The notes: generated by a model not told the origin, from the sequence alone. Shown: positions 1 to 14,114, counted from the first letter of the stretch. The stretch is DNA of 64,000 nucleotides from Eledone cirrhosa (GCA_964016885.1 OZ024747.1:1736001-1800000), one strand, 5' to 3'. Made by a program: numbers and translations.

Positions 1-1
1 T

Positions 2-235
2 AATGTTAACACTTCCTGTGATCAGCAGCAAATACCTTTCACTATAACTGGTACCACATCTAACATAACTGAACAACCATCTACAATTAAAAGTGACTTT
101 ACTTCAAAGAGTAAACCACCTCTACCAGCTGTACCTAAAGTAACAACAGTACCAAAGGTACCATCAATACCTCAGGTACCTTCTCTGACTATAGTAAAAA
201 ACTTACATAGCAGCTCTATGGAAACCCTGAATTAA
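2..235 (+). CDS. Candidate 3'-terminal coding exon of a host gene entering from the left (S/T/P-rich C-terminus ...KSKPPLPAVPKVTTVPKVPSIPQVPSLTIVKNLHSSSMETLN*)
   Basis: Frame 2 is open from the window edge to TAA at 233-235 (77 codons) in non-repetitive DNA and is followed by a long AT-rich, UTR-like stretch. No recognisable domain. Confidence 0.45.
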   Translation, partial: NVNTSCDQQQIPFTITGTTSNITEQPSTIKSDFTSKSKPPLPAVPKVTTVPKVPSIPQVPSLTIVKNLHSSSMETLN

Positions 236-1309
236 TATCTATGAAATCCTCATTAATCCATTATATTAACAAATATTATTGTCATAAGCCAGTCATTATC
301 TAAACAGTGTAGAAAATATTAATGATATTATATTTTAGTATTAAAGAAAATTATTTAGTGAGAATCAATGTTAGGCTTCATACAGAACTGACATATTTTA
401 AAATTTAGTATAGAGGTAGAGTGATATAGACATAGGTAGATACTAATGTTAAACTCTACAGTTATATAAAAATATATTTATGAAATATAACTCAGTAACA
501 TTGTAATATTTCATATATATTAACCCTGAATAGTTTCTAACAGTTGTCTCCCTTGGTTATAATAGTAATTCTAACGGATATTGTTTTGAAAATTAGTTTT
601 TTTTTTTATTAATAAATTATCTAACATAAATATAACCACTAAATTTTCTATGATAGATATATAAATTGACTTTATTTATATTTTCCTCCATGTTAGGTAT
701 ATATTTGATATAAATACTATTGGAGCAATGTAATATTTCACAATATTACTGACATTTTAAACAATATTCAAAATATGTATATCCCGGTTTTAAAATAGGT
801 ACATATCCGTGTGTTATAAGTGGTTACTAAAGGTGTTAGGCCTGTATGGTGTTCTCATCCATAAAACACTACCTAAAAAATGGGATTAAAGGTGAGTATG
901 ATTAAAAGAATGTCATGGAAGCAACAAAGCTATCCAACACTTTAATATGTTTGTCATTGCTCTAGAGTAATTATATTGTAGTAATTATATTTTAATAGAT
1001 AAATATATTGTAGTTAATATTATTCCCAATCTGAAATTTAAGGAGCGAGACACACACAGACAAGACAAAACCTTTTTGTTTATATTTCAAATAATATGAA
1101 ATTATATTAACATTACTAAACTTATATTTTTCCCACCAAATGTGCCTTAATACATAAATGTGTAAAAATATAATAATACGCAAACACGTGTATGTACACA
1201 CACACATATGCATGTGTGTATTACTATAAACATCTTACCCAGATTTGTGCCTTAGGAAGTAATATTCTAGCTGCAAATTACTGGTCATTCGTGGCCAAAG
1301 GTGTCTTTA

Positions 1310-1356
<47 letters not shown>

Positions 1357-3880
1357 GTTATCAGGCATTTTTAGTATTATGTTTTTGTTTATTATGCTAA
1401 TCTATTCACATAGTTTTAATCAGTTATTATCATTACCATACTGCTCGCATTCTCAGACACCACTTCAACAATATCTTATAACTTTGATATTGTAAGTATT
1501 TGGCTGAGTCTCATAGAATGAGCTTTGTAAAATCCCTTGACATCATATAAAATACTGGCATTCTTAAGCTCCTTATGAACAGTCAGATTTTTTTCAATAT
1601 TTTCAGTAATTTTGTTATGATATTATTTATAAGCTGTTATATCTGGCACTGACAAGTTAATATTTTTCTGTTTTGTGTATAATTACATATATTCCTGGAC
1701 TGGGCGATAAATTATGTCCTGAGCAAGACACTTTATTTCAAGGTGCTCATTCTGCTTGGATTTGCTACCGATAGATAGTTTTAGCAATTAGAAAGACCAG
1801 TGGAAACATTGTTTCTTTGGTTCGATTTGACAAGCTCCACCCTACTTAAGCGAATAATGCCTAGGATCTTGTTGATCAACTGTTTTACATATATGTGACT
1901 GTTCTATTTTTCCTGTGATTCTGTTATTTCAATATTTTTCTAGTTTGAAGCTGTTTACAACTGTTTTATTTCAGGTTATATTTGTTTTATGACCAACTAT
2001 ATTTCTTTTATCCTCAGCATTTACTTCCATTATTGTTCCATGACTGGCTCATCAAAACCAGAGCTTTATCTGCATTGTTTTCATGATGTTTAAGGACCAG
2101 ATATGTTTCTTTATTAGCCACAGGGGCACAAAAGAAGGGGACAAATACAAAGGGGGGAAGTTTACATACAATAAGTTGGGCGTTTTGTCCTTTCACATAT
2201 ATTGAGTCAAGTGTTGCTCATGGTATTTTATATTTTTAATTATATCTAAAGGGTTTACATCTTTAATCCATACAGAAAAGTTGTAAAGGTTGCTGTTGCC
2301 TTATAGAAATGAGTACTCAGCCCCATAGTAGAGATTAACAGTTTATTAAGACTGATCCAGTAGCCTGTTACTCTCAACTTTTCACTGTGTGCTACATCTA
2401 CACATATATTGTAGTTCGAGACCAGGATATTTTTATGGCTCATTACTCTTGTCATATGGATTATATATATATAACTTATATACACCCACAAGTGGAGTAT
2501 AATTTTATTTATTTTTTATTGATTGAAATGAATGAAAGTCAAATATGTAAATGTGTTTACATTTTTTTAAAAACTGTTTTTGAGCGGAAATTCAAAGCAA
2601 AAGTAAATAAAATGTTTAAAGGGAACTGAGCCCACATATTTTTTTATCAGTTTTCATGTGACTTTCTATGTGATAAAAAAAAAGAAAGAAAATTTCACTC
2701 TCTTCATAAAGTTTAAAATTCAAATCGACGCAAACTCATAAGTATTTGTGCCAACATTTTGGAACATTTTGCATGTTATTGTTATTTTTATATTTACAAT
2801 TTTTTGCTTTTGTATGAAGATGAAAATAAAATCTAGCCATTATTGTTTGAACATTTAAGTATTTATAATCAAAATTATATAAGTTTTCAATATTTTACAA
2901 CCATTTAAATATTTATAATCCAAATTATATAGCACTTTACAATATTTTAATCAAATATATATTAAGTTTTATATTATTGTTATTTTTGATAAACTATTAA
3001 ATTGTAATATTAAAAAAGAAAATTACAATTTCAGAAAAGTTTTGTTTTATCAACTAAATGTTAACCACTGCATATTTGATGTTTTATATTTTAACATTTA
3101 CCACTTGTATGAAGAAAATACATATGCTCATACATGTATATATTTATGTATGAGTAACTAGGATTCATATATCCAGTTTTATTTTGGTTGGATGTACATT
3201 TAGGTTTGATATGTTTTACTTTGCATGTTCATAAACTATATTATATATACTTCGATCACAGAACATTCTTGTGATTCTGCATGACAAACTAAATATGGGT
3301 GTCTGTATATATGTACATATCTTTTTATAAATATGTATATTTGCGCGCATGCATGTGTATATGTATGTGCCTATGATTGTATACATGTATGTGTGGAATT
3401 ATATGCATACATTAATACATATATATCATTTTTGTATTTGTTTCACAATATTCTTGTAATTTGGAGAGTCATTCTGGCTGTAATATTACATCATGTAACC
3501 AGGAAAACTGTAAACACCTTCCAAACCAGCACCAACAGTAACAAGAAGATGCCTGCATTATATGTACTTTAGAAGGATCATAAATCCACCAATGATTCCA
3601 TTTTTGGAACTAACTTTACTTTTCTGAGGCAATATCAACTATAGGCTGTCATTTCATCTCAATGATCATAGGCTTATTAGTTGAGGTGTCTCCAGCTGTT
3701 TGCAAGCAATGAAACCTCCTCTGCAGAATGAATTAATGTAACCTTACAGACGATCAGAAGCATCAATGTCATATCTGTCAATATTGATTTAGTCATAGAG
3801 AAGTGCATGGAGATGATTTGTGTGAGTAATATTGTATTTCACAATGCTGATACCAATGAACTGCAAAATCTCATGACCTC

Positions 3881-4039
3881 TTACACAAATACAACTCTGA
3901 GTCCTCCCCAGTAGGGAGCTGTGTACTCTGTCGCTTCACACCACAGGCCTGATGAGTCTTCAAGCACGGGACAGACTTTAGACAGATATACATATAAAGA
4001 AAACCAGTTGCATGTTGCTACTGAGATGTCCAATGTTGT
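3881..4039 (-). CDS. Candidate terminal coding exon (TTLDISVATCNWFSLYVYLSKVCPVLEDSSGLWCEATEYTAPYWGGLRVVFV*)
   Basis: Minus-strand acceptor gtttatttccAG, then 52 phase-0 codons to TAA in locally GC-richer unique sequence. No homology recognised. Confidence 0.3.
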   Translation of the reverse strand, partial: TTLDISVATCNWFSLYVYLSKVCPVLEDSSGLWCEATEYTAPYWGGLRVVFV

Positions 4040-4261
4040 CTGGAAATAAACATTGACAAACCAAAGAAGAATTAATCAACAAAAAAGCAATGAACTATAA
4101 CCAGTGCCTGTGTTTTAATTGACAGAATGACTCTCCCAAAGTACATGTATCAACATGATATATATTCATCATAAATACCACAAACATCTGCATACAACAG
4201 ATAATTAAACAATCCATCACATATTTGATGTTATACAATTTAGTTTCAAATATATAGACAT

Positions 4262-4507
4262 TTCATATAAAAATGAGAAAACTCATCACTAGAACTGCCA
4301 AATGCTGTTCAAAGATAGCAATGGGTAAAAAAGGTCTGAGAGGACAGAGACCAGTGGTCAACAGAGAAACAATGCACGACACAGATGAAATATAGAAAAG
4401 ATTGAAAGAGGAGGAAAATGAGAACTGTGACTAGAAGAAATATCAGTCTTGGATATCATTTGGCAGTTCTAATGTTATAGTGAAGAGTTTTCTCATTTTT
4501 ATATGAA
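4262..4507. repeat. MITE-like inverted repeat element
   Basis: ttcatataaaaatgagaaaactc (4262-4284) is the exact reverse complement of 4485-4507, with further imperfect pairing (tagaactgccaaatg / catttggcagttcta). Confidence 0.65.
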
Positions 4508-4707
4508 TTAAATCTGACTTCATCTCAATCAGAGATAAGGTTTATTCATTTTAACTGTTATTTTATTATTGTTGTCATTTTGTTTTATGTTGATATATTC
4601 TTATACAAATGAATAAATATCTAATTTGAATATTTTGATACTGTCTTCAGTCTTATCTTTGAAATATGTATTTTTATGTATGTACATATATGATATATAT
4701 ATATATA

Positions 4708-4969
4708 GGTGGTGCTATTAAGTTAGACATGGCCTGGGCCAATACTGGCCGAAACCTATCAAAGTTATATATAACTTTCATAACTTTGATAGGTTTCGGC
4801 CATGTCTAAATTAATAGCACTACCTGGCAAAGTCTTTCAAATCAGGATTTGGGCACCATGGCCCATTCAAGTAGAGCTATTGTTTATGGAGGCATATCCA
4901 GGTGTGGGCGGTTTATCCGGGATTTCTTGAAGGAATTTGTCCAAAGAATTCTTGAACTTGATGGGGTTT
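4708..4969 (-). mobile_element. 3' end of a CR1-group LINE, truncated by the gap, with folded-back 3' terminus
   Basis: Minus ORF tail FKNSLDKFLQEIPDKP resembles the C-terminus of the LINE at 37361-39980 (FKKHLDTLLSRIPDEP). 4708-4825 is an inverted repeat. Confidence 0.65.
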
Positions 4970-5169
4970 NNNNNNNNNNNNNNNNNNNNNNNNNNNNNNN
5001 NNNNNNNNNNNNNNNNNNNNNNNNNNNNNNNNNNNNNNNNNNNNNNNNNNNNNNNNNNNNNNNNNNNNNNNNNNNNNNNNNNNNNNNNNNNNNNNNNNNN
5101 NNNNNNNNNNNNNNNNNNNNNNNNNNNNNNNNNNNNNNNNNNNNNNNNNNNNNNNNNNNNNNNNNNNNN
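4970..5169. other. Assembly gap (200 N)
   Basis: Run of N. Confidence 1.
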
Positions 5170-5326
5170 AGAAACAGGTGAAAGTGAAAATTGAGAGAGA
5201 CAAAGATGAAAACAAAACAAAGGTAGAAGGGTTACCGTAGTGGAGATAATCTCCACTACGGTAACCCTTCTACCTTTGTTTTGTTTTCATCTTTGTCTCT
5301 CTCAATTTTCACTTTCACCTGTTTCT
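5170..5326. repeat. Perfect 157-bp palindrome (78-bp arms, 1-nt centre at 5248)
   Basis: agaaacaggtgaaag...gtagtggagat A atctccactac...ctttcacctgtttct. Confidence 0.95.
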
Positions 5327-5407
5327 CCTATCTATCATTCACTTCCTACCTCGAGATTTCCCTCTGCATTGTTGTGGCTTTCTTAACTACGTATTTTATA
5401 TAAATAT

Positions 5408-5460
<53 letters not shown>

Positions 5461-5474
5461 AATATATATATATA

Positions 5475-5857
5475 TCATCATCATCATCATCATCATTTTA
5501 CGTCCGCTTTTCCCTGCTTGCAAGGGTGGGACGGGTCTTATTCAGCACAGCATCTCTCCACTCGTCACGGTCCCTCGTCATCTCCACCGTGAGCTTCAAT
5601 GATCTGAGGTCTGTTCTCACCACCTCCGCCCATGTTTTTCGTGGTCTACCTCTACCACGTCTTCCTTCAACTGGCATTTCCTGGCACTTCTTCACCCATC
5701 GGTCATCCTCCATGCGCATCACATGTCCATACCACCTCAGTCTCCTCTCCCGTACACTACATTCTATCCCTCTCAGACACAGTTTCTCTCTCAACACATT
5801 TATGCTGGGTCGTTCACGCACATTTACACTGCACATCCAACGGAGCATGCTTGCCTC
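5475..5857 (-). mobile_element. 5'-truncated RTE-clade LINE 3' end (family A) with (GAT)n tail, in (TA)n
   Basis: ORF 5498..5848 has [11 protein letters not shown]...[12 protein letters not shown]...DRDEWR, the typical RTE C-terminus. Nearly identical to 59365-59745. Confidence 0.92.
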
Positions 5858-6364
<507 letters not shown>

Positions 6365-6393
6365 GCCCCAGCATGGCCTCAGAAACAGGTAAA

Positions 6394-6453
6394 ATTTATT
6401 TATACTTCTCTTAGGTCAGTGTTGTTTCTGACCTAAGAGAAGTATAAATAAAT
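6394..6453. repeat. Hairpin, 26-bp perfect arms, 8-nt loop, just after a CR1-group LINE tail fragment (gccccagcatggcctcag)
   Basis: atttatttatacttctcttaggtcag / ctgacctaagagaagtataaataaat. The tail fragment matches 39928-39945. Confidence 0.85.
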
Positions 6454-6964
6454 AAGTAAATTAAATTAAATAAAATAAGATAAATAAATACATACACAAG
6501 CACATAAACACACACTAGTCACCCAGCAGACACAACACTATACACACTAGTCACACATCACACATAACACTATACACACACGCAAACGCATGCGCAAAGA
6601 AGACAAAATAAAATAAGATAAACAAACAAGCAAATAAATAAATAAATATATAGACAGACTGAACAAAAAAAATGGCGTAGACATACAACACAACAGGAGG
6701 AACAATGAATATAACACCACTGACGATGTTGCAGATGTGCAACGAAAGATTTATGTAAACTATATATATATGTGTTTGTCTATATTGTATCTGTATTATT
6801 TTTGACCGCCGGTCAGTCAATGGCAACATTGAGGACCGAGTAAGTTAGATCGCAGATATATATATATAAAAGACAGCGAGAAGCGAAAACCAACCAAACA
6901 GTGAGTGTGTTCTGTTATTAATTCCGGCAATATTACGCAAATATGACCCTCCCCAAATATAACA

Positions 6965-7406
<442 letters not shown>

Positions 7407-7590
7407 GTAAGTATGCATGTATACGTACATACATATATGTATACAGACGTACAGTAGCATGCACATATATATATATACATATATATATACATACAGGTAC
7501 ACATACATATATGCACGTATCAGTTAATATAGTTAATTTTCATAAGGAAAGTATATACTTTCGAACGTTCAACTATCTGGCAGATGGGTA

Positions 7591-7635
7591 AACGGTGCTG
7601 ATGATAGCTAACAAGCTTGAAACTAGTACATCGTT
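7591..7635 (+). ncRNA. Minimal type-I hammerhead ribozyme motif, copy 1
   Basis: aacggtg-CTGATGA-t-agct-aaca-agct-t-GAAA-CTAG-TA-catcgtt: 7-bp stem I, 4-bp stem II, palindromic ACTAGT in place of stem III. Confidence 0.7.
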
Positions 7636-8058
7636 CCTGTGTCAGTGTTGAACAAAAAGGTGACGTGGTTGCCTTAACACCGTATGGCATAAATTCAGGC
7701 TGTTCAGTTTGTTTACAAACGAACAAAGCGACGTTAGCGCCGCTAAACTGATACGTGCATATATGTATGTGTACCTGTATGCATATGTATATATATAGGT
7801 ATATATATATATATATATGTGCATGCTACTGTACGTCTGTATACATATATGTATGTACGTATACATGCATACTTACATTTAAGTAAGTGCCATACTAAGA
7901 GTGAGAAATGAAATTTCGTTTTCATTTTGTTTCAATTTATCGTTTTCGGTATGCCTGACCGATTTAACTCACTCAATATGCAAATTAGGCTGCTCAGCCG
8001 TTAATTTTCATAAGGAAAGTATATACTTTCGAACGTTCAACTATCTGGCAGATGGGTA

Positions 8059-8103
8059 AACGGTGCTGATGATAGCTAACAAGCTTGAAACTAGTACATC
8101 GTT
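8059..8103 (+). ncRNA. Minimal type-I hammerhead ribozyme motif, copy 2
   Basis: Identical to 7591-7635, 468 nt downstream. Confidence 0.7.
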
Positions 8104-8403
8104 CCTGTGTCAGTGTTGAACAAAAAGGTGACGTGGTTGCCTTAACACCGTATGGCATAAATTCAGGCTGTTCAGTTTGTTTACAAACGAACAAAGCGAC
8201 GTTAGCGCCGCTAAACTGATACGTGCATATATGTATGTGTACCTGTATGCATATGTATATATATATGTATATATATATATATATGTGCATGCTACTGTAC
8301 GTCTGTATACATATATGTATGTACGTATACATGCATACTTACATTTAAGTAAGTGCCATACTAAGAGTGAGAAATGAAATTTCGTTTTCATTTTGTTTCA
8401 ATT

Positions 8404-8505
<102 letters not shown>

Positions 8506-8628
8506 TATATATATTTATATATATATATATAAAATATATATATATATATATAAAATATATATATTTATATAATATATATATATAATATATATATATAAAA
8601 TATATATATATTTATATATATATATATA

Positions 8629-8660
<32 letters not shown>

Positions 8661-10709
8661 ACATATCTACCACCAGGTCACTCTCTGTCTGGTTGGAGCT
8701 CTGCTCCAGTCACAAGTTCATCAGTAGCCTGCAGTAAGTTGTCACGTAAGAAATTCCAGTTATTATCTATGTCATACATCTCTAAATCGTCTTCTTTTTC
8801 TCATTTTCTTCTCTTTTTTTCCTCATTCCTTATTCCTATGTATATCGTAGAGTTTCTTACTTCTTCTATACATCCATCTATATATCCATTACCAGTGCCA
8901 TGATGAAGTTCCTCACCCTGTCCAACATTTCTGTCTGAATTTCCCCAGCCTCCAACCCGGTGTCATCTTCAAGAACATCCTTCAGTATTGTGGTTGGTCC
9001 CTCAACTTGTCAGCATGATGTCCAATTTGGCTGGAATGTAGAGTGTTGTCGATTCTTGGTCTGATCTGATGCATCTTCTTGTCGTATCAGCATTATCAAC
9101 GAACAAGGTGGACTGGATATTTTTGGCCATGGTACCAGCACTGTGGGAGTGCAAGTGATATGTCATGGGGTTGACTTTTAAGAGGGTTGTCCTTGGCAGT
9201 ATATTATATAATATGTCCAGATTTCCATGCATTCATGGTTTGGACAGGAAACCAAGTGATAGGGGGAATGAGGACAATGGAGAAAAACATCAGTCTCATC
9301 CTCACTAAACATCTATTGTCCATGTCCACTTGGGCCTGATAGGCTGTCATGTTCAGAGATCAGGCTGGACAGGTGACCATTTGGTATTGGCATGGCTTCT
9401 ACACTTAGAAACTTTTTCTAATCCCATCAGGGGATTTTATTAAATGAGTATATATCATCCTCATCGTCATTTAACATCCATTTTCTACAGCAATGACCAT
9501 AATAAAATAAAAATGTTATCTACATTGGCCAGTGAAGTCAGAAATGTTTACTTATGTAAGTTATCCTGGTGTAAAGGATTTGTCTGGAATGTTTGAAAGA
9601 ATTTGTTAACATATCAATTCTGAGCTTTTATTATTTTCATAACACCTTTGGGAATAATCTTGAACAAAGCTTGGCTGATCTTGATGGGATATATAATATG
9701 TGCTGTTAGTAGGTTTTTGTGAAAAAGCTGGTGAATTGAGGTCAATATTGAAAGTTTTGAGTCAATTTTGAAATTTACACTGACTTGTTATAAGTACTGA
9801 TAGTAAAGTTACCAGTTTTTGGAAATGGCGAGCCACTTAGGATGACTTCAGGAGAAATATAGATTGAATAACTCAAGGTGACTAACACAGACTCTGTATG
9901 TTATTTATTTTCTAGTTATGTAATCTTTGTAATGCTTCAGTTGTTATAATATGTTGTTTGGTATTGGGAGACCACTAGAAACAGTTATACTGTGAATGGT
10001 ACCTCACAATTGTTAATAATAGACAATTAGATGTCTGAAGATGTCACAGAAAAATGTGTGATGAAAGAACTTTGAGAAATTATATTTATATTTTCAACTG
10101 TTGGTCAATCAATTATAAACATTGATTGCCAGCTAAATTATTTATAAAAATATAAATATATACTGAAGCAAAAACAAAACCAAACATTGAGTGTGTTTTA
10201 CTATTTTTGGCAATATTAGGACAACATGACCCTCCCCAAATATAACAAACCATTTAACATTACTTTTTTAATGTTGTAAGGCATAATGTCACCATCTCTT
10301 ATTTCTTGCAATATGTTGGCTACAAATAAAGCAGTGAGATTTTCATCTGGTTTGGCTTACAAGATCTCATTTACTGTTATTATATAGTCTCTCTCTCCCA
10401 CACATAATGAACTTTACAGCATCTCTTTATAATTATTAGAAACCAGTAGTAATACTATATATAGAAATACCTACGTTTCAATGTGACTATTTCAATCTCT
10501 CTCTCTGTATGTGTGTGTGTGTGTGTGTATATATATACAGGAATAAGACCATCATTGCTACAACCAGTCTACTCATCATCAATAACTACCCTAAATATAC
10601 ATGCACATACAGTACACACACATATACTATATACAAATATATACATATATATATATACAAATATATACATATACATATATAGACAAAGGATTTGCTTTGA
10701 AGTCGCTAG

Positions 10710-10802
10710 ACGTATCTGAGGAACTTGCGAATCCAAAGTCAAGTTCGATCCACAAATAGATCGCACCTCAAGCTGTTCGTCGGGGAAACAATTGTAATAC
10801 GT
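10710..10802 (+). ncRNA. Type-I hammerhead ribozyme motif with large stem-II insertion
   Basis: acgtat-CTGAGGA-[62 nt]-GAAA-C-AATT-GTA-atacgt, then AATAAA at 10804. Stem I is 6 bp and stem III is the palindrome CAATTG. Stem II pairing is weak. Confidence 0.7.
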
Positions 10803-10867
10803 TAATAAATTGTGTTTCGATGCATCACTGATTCTTCGTTTTCCATGTATATATATATATATATATA

Positions 10868-11081
10868 TAACGAAGGAAATGTGGTAAGGAACCAGGTGGA
10901 CCATAACGCACCAAAGTACTCAATACTTGAGGTAGTAGAGTGGGTAATAGGAACCAGTAAGACCCCGACAGCTGAGCTCAAGCCGTTTCGACGGCTAATT
11001 CTGGACTGAATTAGTGTCATAATAATGTCCAGAATTAGCCGTCGAAACGGCTTGAGCTCAGCTGTCGGGGTCTTACTGGTT

Positions 11082-11086
<5 letters not shown>
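10868..11086 (+). mobile_element. Short hairpin-ended repeat family, copy 1 (80-bp body plus 60-bp perfect inverted arms, 20-nt spacer)
   Basis: Arms at 10947-11006 and 11027-11086. The body recurs at ~18720-18803 and ~40070-40154. Confidence 0.8.
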
Positions 11087-11137
<51 letters not shown>

Positions 11138-11342
11138 AACAAGCAGGTAGGGCCGTGAAACACACAAATTCAAACTCAGACCTCCAGAATAAACACAAAG
11201 GAATCATCAAATGTCCTTTACATAAATAATACTCAGAAAACAAAGCCAACAATAAACAAGATATCCTTCATAATCCCTGTCTCAGACATTAACCATGTTT
11301 ACCAACCCCCAACCTGCTCTAAAGATGTGTGTGTGTGTATAA

Positions 11343-11421
<79 letters not shown>

Positions 11422-11427
11422 TATATA

Positions 11428-11490
<63 letters not shown>

Positions 11491-12660
11491 GTATATATAT
11501 ACACAAATACATATATATATTTATATATATATATATATATATACATATATATATACACAAATACATATATATATGCAAACACAGTTTTGCTAAATATGAA
11601 CTTTGTTGAATTTCTCTCACGAAAGGGGTCACATGTTTCACATTTTAGATAATTGATGTGAACTGTTTTGTTGCTAGTAAACTTGTAATAGAATTTGCAT
11701 ATATTTAAATGCCACTATTTGTTTCAACACAAATTGTAAATATTATGTAACAGATAACATATAAATACTAGTCTTTACCTAGATCTAGATTAGTTTGCTA
11801 AAACCAAATTGAAAAAGAAATGTTTTATATGATTCAAAAGGAACAATATCCATAGTAGTTCTTAGTCCTCGTGGACTTGAGGATAGGGACAATAGATTTC
11901 AAGTAAATATAGTTTTGTAAAGTTGGTTTCATAATTACGATGCATTATGTCCTTTAGCAAAATGCTATATTTCATGTTGCTGTATTTTCCAGGAGTTGTG
12001 ACTGGGAGATAGTATCTACAATTGGAAAGACTTCACTCGGTAAGCAAATAATGTCTGGGATATTGTTCTTCCTTCCTAGAAATATGATTATTGTTCAGTT
12101 TAATTTTTGTATACCAGAAATTAAAAAAAAAAAAAAAAAGTAAACATTGATAGGAAAAGATTCCTAGGTGGAAACAATTTGAGATAGAAGGATTGGACAA
12201 ATATACCTGACAAATGTTTAGAATACCTTCCACACTCAAACCCATCAGTCTGAGAAAGGATCATGGGTATTGCCCTTCCATAAATTTAAGGATTAAAGAG
12301 GCCATTTTCATCACGTGAATAAAACCAGGGATAAATAATATATCAAAAGTGCACGAGGCAGAAAGGTTACTGTAGCAATTCTGCGCATCCATTTTACAAA
12401 CACCAGTTAGGGAAGAAAGCTCTAATTGGTCATTTTGTTTTGTTTTGGACTGTTTCAGTCTCACCTCTGAAAAGAGGGCAATAACCCTGAAATATGCTGA
12501 AATACACTGGATAAAACATTACTTTGTTTTGGTTTATTTACCGTTATTTGCCCTTTGTATTTTCTACCACATTTTACTAGCTTTTAAAATTATTGGCCAT
12601 TTACTGCATATCTCACAATGCATTGTATTAACTACAATATATATATATATATATATATAT

Positions 12661-12850
12661 AAAAACCTCCCAGCCCCACACTGTAAATGTGGTTGGTGTT
12701 AGGAAGAGCATCCAGCTGTAGAAAACCCGCCAGACAGTCCTATGCGAGCAAGACAATCACTCTTGCCTCAAGTGGGAAAACCCCCGTCCAAACCCATGCA
12801 AGCGTGGAACACGGACGTTAAACGATGATGATGATGATGATGATGATGAT
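12661..12850 (+). mobile_element. RTE family-B 3' UTR fragment with (GAT)n tail
   Basis: ggttggtgttaggaagagcatccagctgtagaaa...ggacgttaaacgatgatg, matching 16815-16986. Confidence 0.75.
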
Positions 12851-13104
12851 ATCATCATCATCATTTCACGTCCGCTTTTCCATGCTTGCAAGGGTGGGAT
12901 GGGTCCTATTCAGCACAGTATCTCTCCACTTGTCATGGTCCTTTGTCATCTCCTCCGTGAGCTTCAGCGATCTGAGGTCTGCTCTCACCACCTCCGCCCA
13001 TGTTTTCCATGGTCTTCCTCTACTGCGTCTTTCTACTGGGATTTCTTGGCACTTCTTTACCCAGTGGTCATTCTCCATATGCATCACATGTCCATACCAT
13101 CACA
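12851..13104 (-). mobile_element. RTE family-A 3' end, tail-to-tail with the preceding element
   Basis: ORF 12866..13087 WVKKCQEIPVERRSRGRPWKTWAEVV. Confidence 0.88.
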
Positions 13105-13814
13105 CTACAACTTATCCCTCTTATACACAGTTTGCAGTGATGATACTGATAGTTATATTTCTGTTAGGAAATGATAAAGTTTATAATTCAAAACTTATTG
13201 TTTTTATTATTTATGGACAGATTGTGATTTGATGAAAAATCTTTCTATAGAGAACTGAAAGGACGACAAATGAAGACAATAACAATTTACTATTTTTACA
13301 GCTAGGATGATGATAAAGTCATTATAAAAATGACATATGCTAATTATCTATTCCCATTCTACTTATTTACCCCTTATTCCATCCTAGATACACAGGAGTA
13401 CATACTGAATCATCACCTCTGTGATACATAGATAACTATGATGGAGATATTTTCCACAATTTAGAGTTTCATTTAGTATAATTACAACCTAGCTAAATAA
13501 TGTCCTCAGAGAGAAACTATGTTATAATGACACTTATTTTGGAAACTATGTTATAATGACACTTATTTTGGAAACTATTTAGGTCATAGCTATACGAAGA
13601 TTCACAAAAATAGATTAGATTGCTAAATTATTATTGAAGAAATTACATGAAATTTTAGCAATAGAGACATGTATTTCATTCTAAATTTATTCAGATATTT
13701 AGAATAAGTATTTTTATACCGAGAGAATATTACCAGTTTCATTAAATTTAATACAATAAAAGTTATCAGATTTTTATGTCATGTAATATTGTTATAAAAT
13801 TTAGTAGATCAGGG

Positions 13815-14114
13815 CAGGGTTGGATTTAGACCGGGGGGGGGGGGGTCACTTCAGGTTTGGGGGGCCCCTTCATACACAAAACATTAGAATACACAGGAAA
13901 CTCCCCAATTTTACATATCAAAGTTAGCTTGGTGCAAGTAATTGGAGTTGAAAAGTTATACATACAGGTATTAAATTAAAAAATTCTAACCATCCTAAAA
14001 CTAAAAAGCCCAGCTGAGGGCTCAAATAAATTGCTATGGCTGTTACTGGTGGGGTCCCCCACTGCAGCGGACATGGGACAGTTGCTCCCTTTGCCTCCAT
14101 TAAATCCGGTCCTG
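13815..14114. mobile_element. hAT-like MITE
   Basis: Imperfect TIRs cagggttggattta / taaatccggtcctg. The 8-bp flanks gatcaggg / aatcagga match 6/8, a decayed TSD. Confidence 0.55.

Noticed and set aside
3945-3980. CTGATGA-gtc...gac hammerhead-like start
   Set aside because: No GAAA box or stem I. It lies within the candidate minus-strand exon.
10030-10080. CTGAAGA...gtcaca/tgtgat...GAAA motif
   Set aside because: Stem II is plausible but there is no stem I or cleavage triplet, so it cannot be distinguished from chance.
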